From Utricularia gibba (Eukaryota > Plantae > Magnoliophyta): a stretch of 64,000 bases of DNA. The first letter of the stretch is position 1; the number at the start of each line of letters is the position of its first letter. Below the pieces are notes generated by a model, which worked only from the letters and a program-made list of their open reading frames with translations, did no database searches and was not told the DNA's origin. This document shows, one piece after another, positions 61,950 through 64,000 of the stretch. The position numbers and the translations under genes are program-made. The DNA is taken from contig NEEC01000019.1 of NCBI GenBank assembly GCA_002189035.1, forward strand, positions 868,001-932,000, read 5' to 3'.

Positions 61950-63373
61950 ATGGCGACGGCGAGCGGTGGGAAGGGGGAGGTCCTGCTACTGGAGGCACCG
62001 CCGCATCTCGCTGCTGCTCTAACGGATGAAGTGATTGACGCGCTTCCTTATATTGATGACGACTACGGCAATCCCGTGGTTAAGGAGGAGGTGGACCGGT
62101 TGGTGGAGGAAGAGATGCGCCGAAGCTCAAAGAAACCCTCTCACTTTCTCAAGGACCTTCCTCCACTCCCCAAATTCAGCTTTCAGGTACTTCGTCCTTT
62201 GAGCTTGTTGCGTTTGTCGAGATTTTCCTGGACGACTCTATCGTTTTGTACCTAGGGTTTAGGGTTGTAAGGATTTTGAATTCATGTTACAACTCAAACT
62301 ATGCAAATAGTAGGAATGGCTTACTCTTTTTGTCGTGATTTTCGTAAAACTAAATTCTATACATTGTTCACGCTGGGAATTGCATAAATTTGGGATGTTT
62401 GATTGAAATCCGTGAGCCAGAGAAATAGAAATGTTGCTGAGTCTTTATGTGATCTGTGTTTCAGGATCATCCAATGCTTGCCAGGGAATTTGAGAGAGTT
62501 CGAGCTGGGAAGCCCCCAGTGCAAATGGACACATCCAGGTACGGGCTTGAAGCACCACCTGTGAACAAACGAAATGATGAGTCTGCATGGCGGCAGTCAG
62601 TTCAGAAAGCCCAACGTTTGCTGCAGCACCAAGTAGTGAGGTGATGCGATGCTTCTTTTTCATCAATGTAATCTCTTTTCTTCATGCCAGTGTTTCTTAA
62701 TTTATCAATGAATGTTTCAACTCCGCGTTTAGGCTTGAAAATCTAGACTTAATGTCTGCTCATGGGCAAGAAGTTTGGAAGCTGTACAACAAGCAGTTGG
62801 AAGCATTTCTATCGAGGTATCACTCAGTTCAGGCGTGACCATGTTCTCTGGGACGCTATCTTTTTGTTGAAGTTTGTAAATTACGCGTTTACAAATCTCG
62901 TTTTTACAATATACATTTGCTTATAATTCTGGGCTCCTAGGTTACAAGCACAAGTCCAGAAGCTCAATGGGGAAATCGAATCAGTGAACCGGGAGAGAAA
63001 ATATCACCAGGTAGCCAGACGTATTTCTCTTTACCCTCTTTCCTGCTAGAAAAGTTGATGACATTTGTTAAGTCTGACGTCGTTCTTGTTACTGTTATAC
63101 CTACCATTCAGCAAACCACTGCCTATGAGCTGAATGCCCTGTCTGCACAATGGAGGGAACTTAGTTTGAAAAACATTGAAATCCAAGCGGCATGTTTTGA
63201 TATTGAAAACCATATTGAACGACTAAAAAGTGAAGCAGCAGAAAGGTACATTGTTACTGTGTAATATACCTTCTTCTTTTCCTGGCTTACTGCTTTGTTT
63301 CAAAAATGCACTTAGGGGCTGGAATTTAGAAGAGATTACCAACAATGGGCATACCCAGCATGCCCAAAATTAA
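61950..63373 (+). CDS. MOS4: Pre-mRNA splicing factor SPF27/BCAS2 homologue (MOS4), 6 exons
   Basis: Contains [55 protein letters not shown]|[16 protein letters not shown] and [14 protein letters not shown]. Stop TAA 63371-63373. Confidence 0.93.
62253..62266. promoter_or_regulatory. Telo-box (TAGGGTTTAGGGTT) in the first intron of MOS4
   Basis: Two plant telomere-type units. Site II-like AGCCCA and GGCCCA occur near 61850-61875 upstream, a common pairing in housekeeping genes. Confidence 0.6.
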
Positions 63374-64000
63374 GGTATGGACGAATTCCTTTTGAACCGT
63401 AGCTAAACTGCAATAGATGATAGATACTTCGAAATGCTCAGAATGGCACCTCTGTGATCATATAGTGCCTTTTTCCATACACAGAAATACTGGTTTCCTG
63501 GATGCATTCCCTGAAGAGCAAAGCTCATTGTTCCTTCTTAGCGAGCCTACTGGCTGGCCCCGCAGAGGTTTTAAGGAATTGTTAGGCGTGTACTTCCTAG
63601 TTTTCAAGAATCAAACATTACATTGAAATGCATCTATTTGTTTGTCAAGTAGTAGGAAGTAATGCAATTAAAAAGCTGTAGTCTGCCTTCCAGGAGCCTC
63701 TGAAAGTTGCATCCCGACCAGGCTCTATGTAATTCATCTTACTGTGCTTTACTCAGAGAGGACTACTGCGACCGGTTTCGCCTTACTTTTTGCCACCATA
63801 AAGTGTTTGTGTGTTCATTTTATTTTACCATGTTTTTACCTTTGTTGAATGGTTAGGAAACTCAAAAGAATTTTTAGAAATTATTTACTTTGCCTATTAA
63901 AATTTCTTTATCGGGACATAATTTGTCCATAACTAATGCTCTATTTGAAACCATTTTTATTTTTAAAAAAATTGTTTTAGAAATAAATTTGTTAGCAACC

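Noticed and set aside
13244-63373. Immunity gene cluster (DIR1-like LTP, glycerol kinase NHO1/GLI1, TOPLESS, MOS4)
   Set aside because: The genes are spread over 50 kb among unrelated housekeeping genes, and I saw no shared regulatory motif. This is ordinary gene order, not evidence of a cluster.

Overview
Gene-dense window of angiosperm nuclear DNA, probably eudicot, with short spliceosomal introns and very AT-rich spacers. About 20 protein-coding genes lie here, in order: a plantacyanin remnant, plantacyanin 1, a UGT80-like glycosyltransferase, plantacyanin 2, a RING-H2 E3 ligase, a serine-rich protein, a DIR1-like LTP, TOPLESS, PIFI, a type I vacuolar H+-PPase, glycerol kinase, a PX-domain (EREX-like) protein, an ADS/FAD5 desaturase, mitochondrial uS15, a proline-rich secreted protein, a group V ERF, a PPPDE/DeSI protein, a small conserved protein, two tandem NPF8/PTR-like transporters and MOS4/SPF27. 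No rRNA, tRNA, CRISPR array or intact transposon was seen. Most notable: (1) an inverted duplication of the PIFI 5' end next to the gene, which could form a hairpin, possibly crossed by a spliced non-coding transcript; (2) both NPF copies have lost the ExxER/K proton-coupling motif; (3) the DeSI protein has Ser in place of its catalytic Cys; (4) four genes each lack one G in a plus-strand G run, most likely a consensus sequencing artefact; (5) miR408 sites in both intact plantacyanins and two GC-AG introns in TOPLESS. All gene calls come from recognising motifs by eye. No database search was run.
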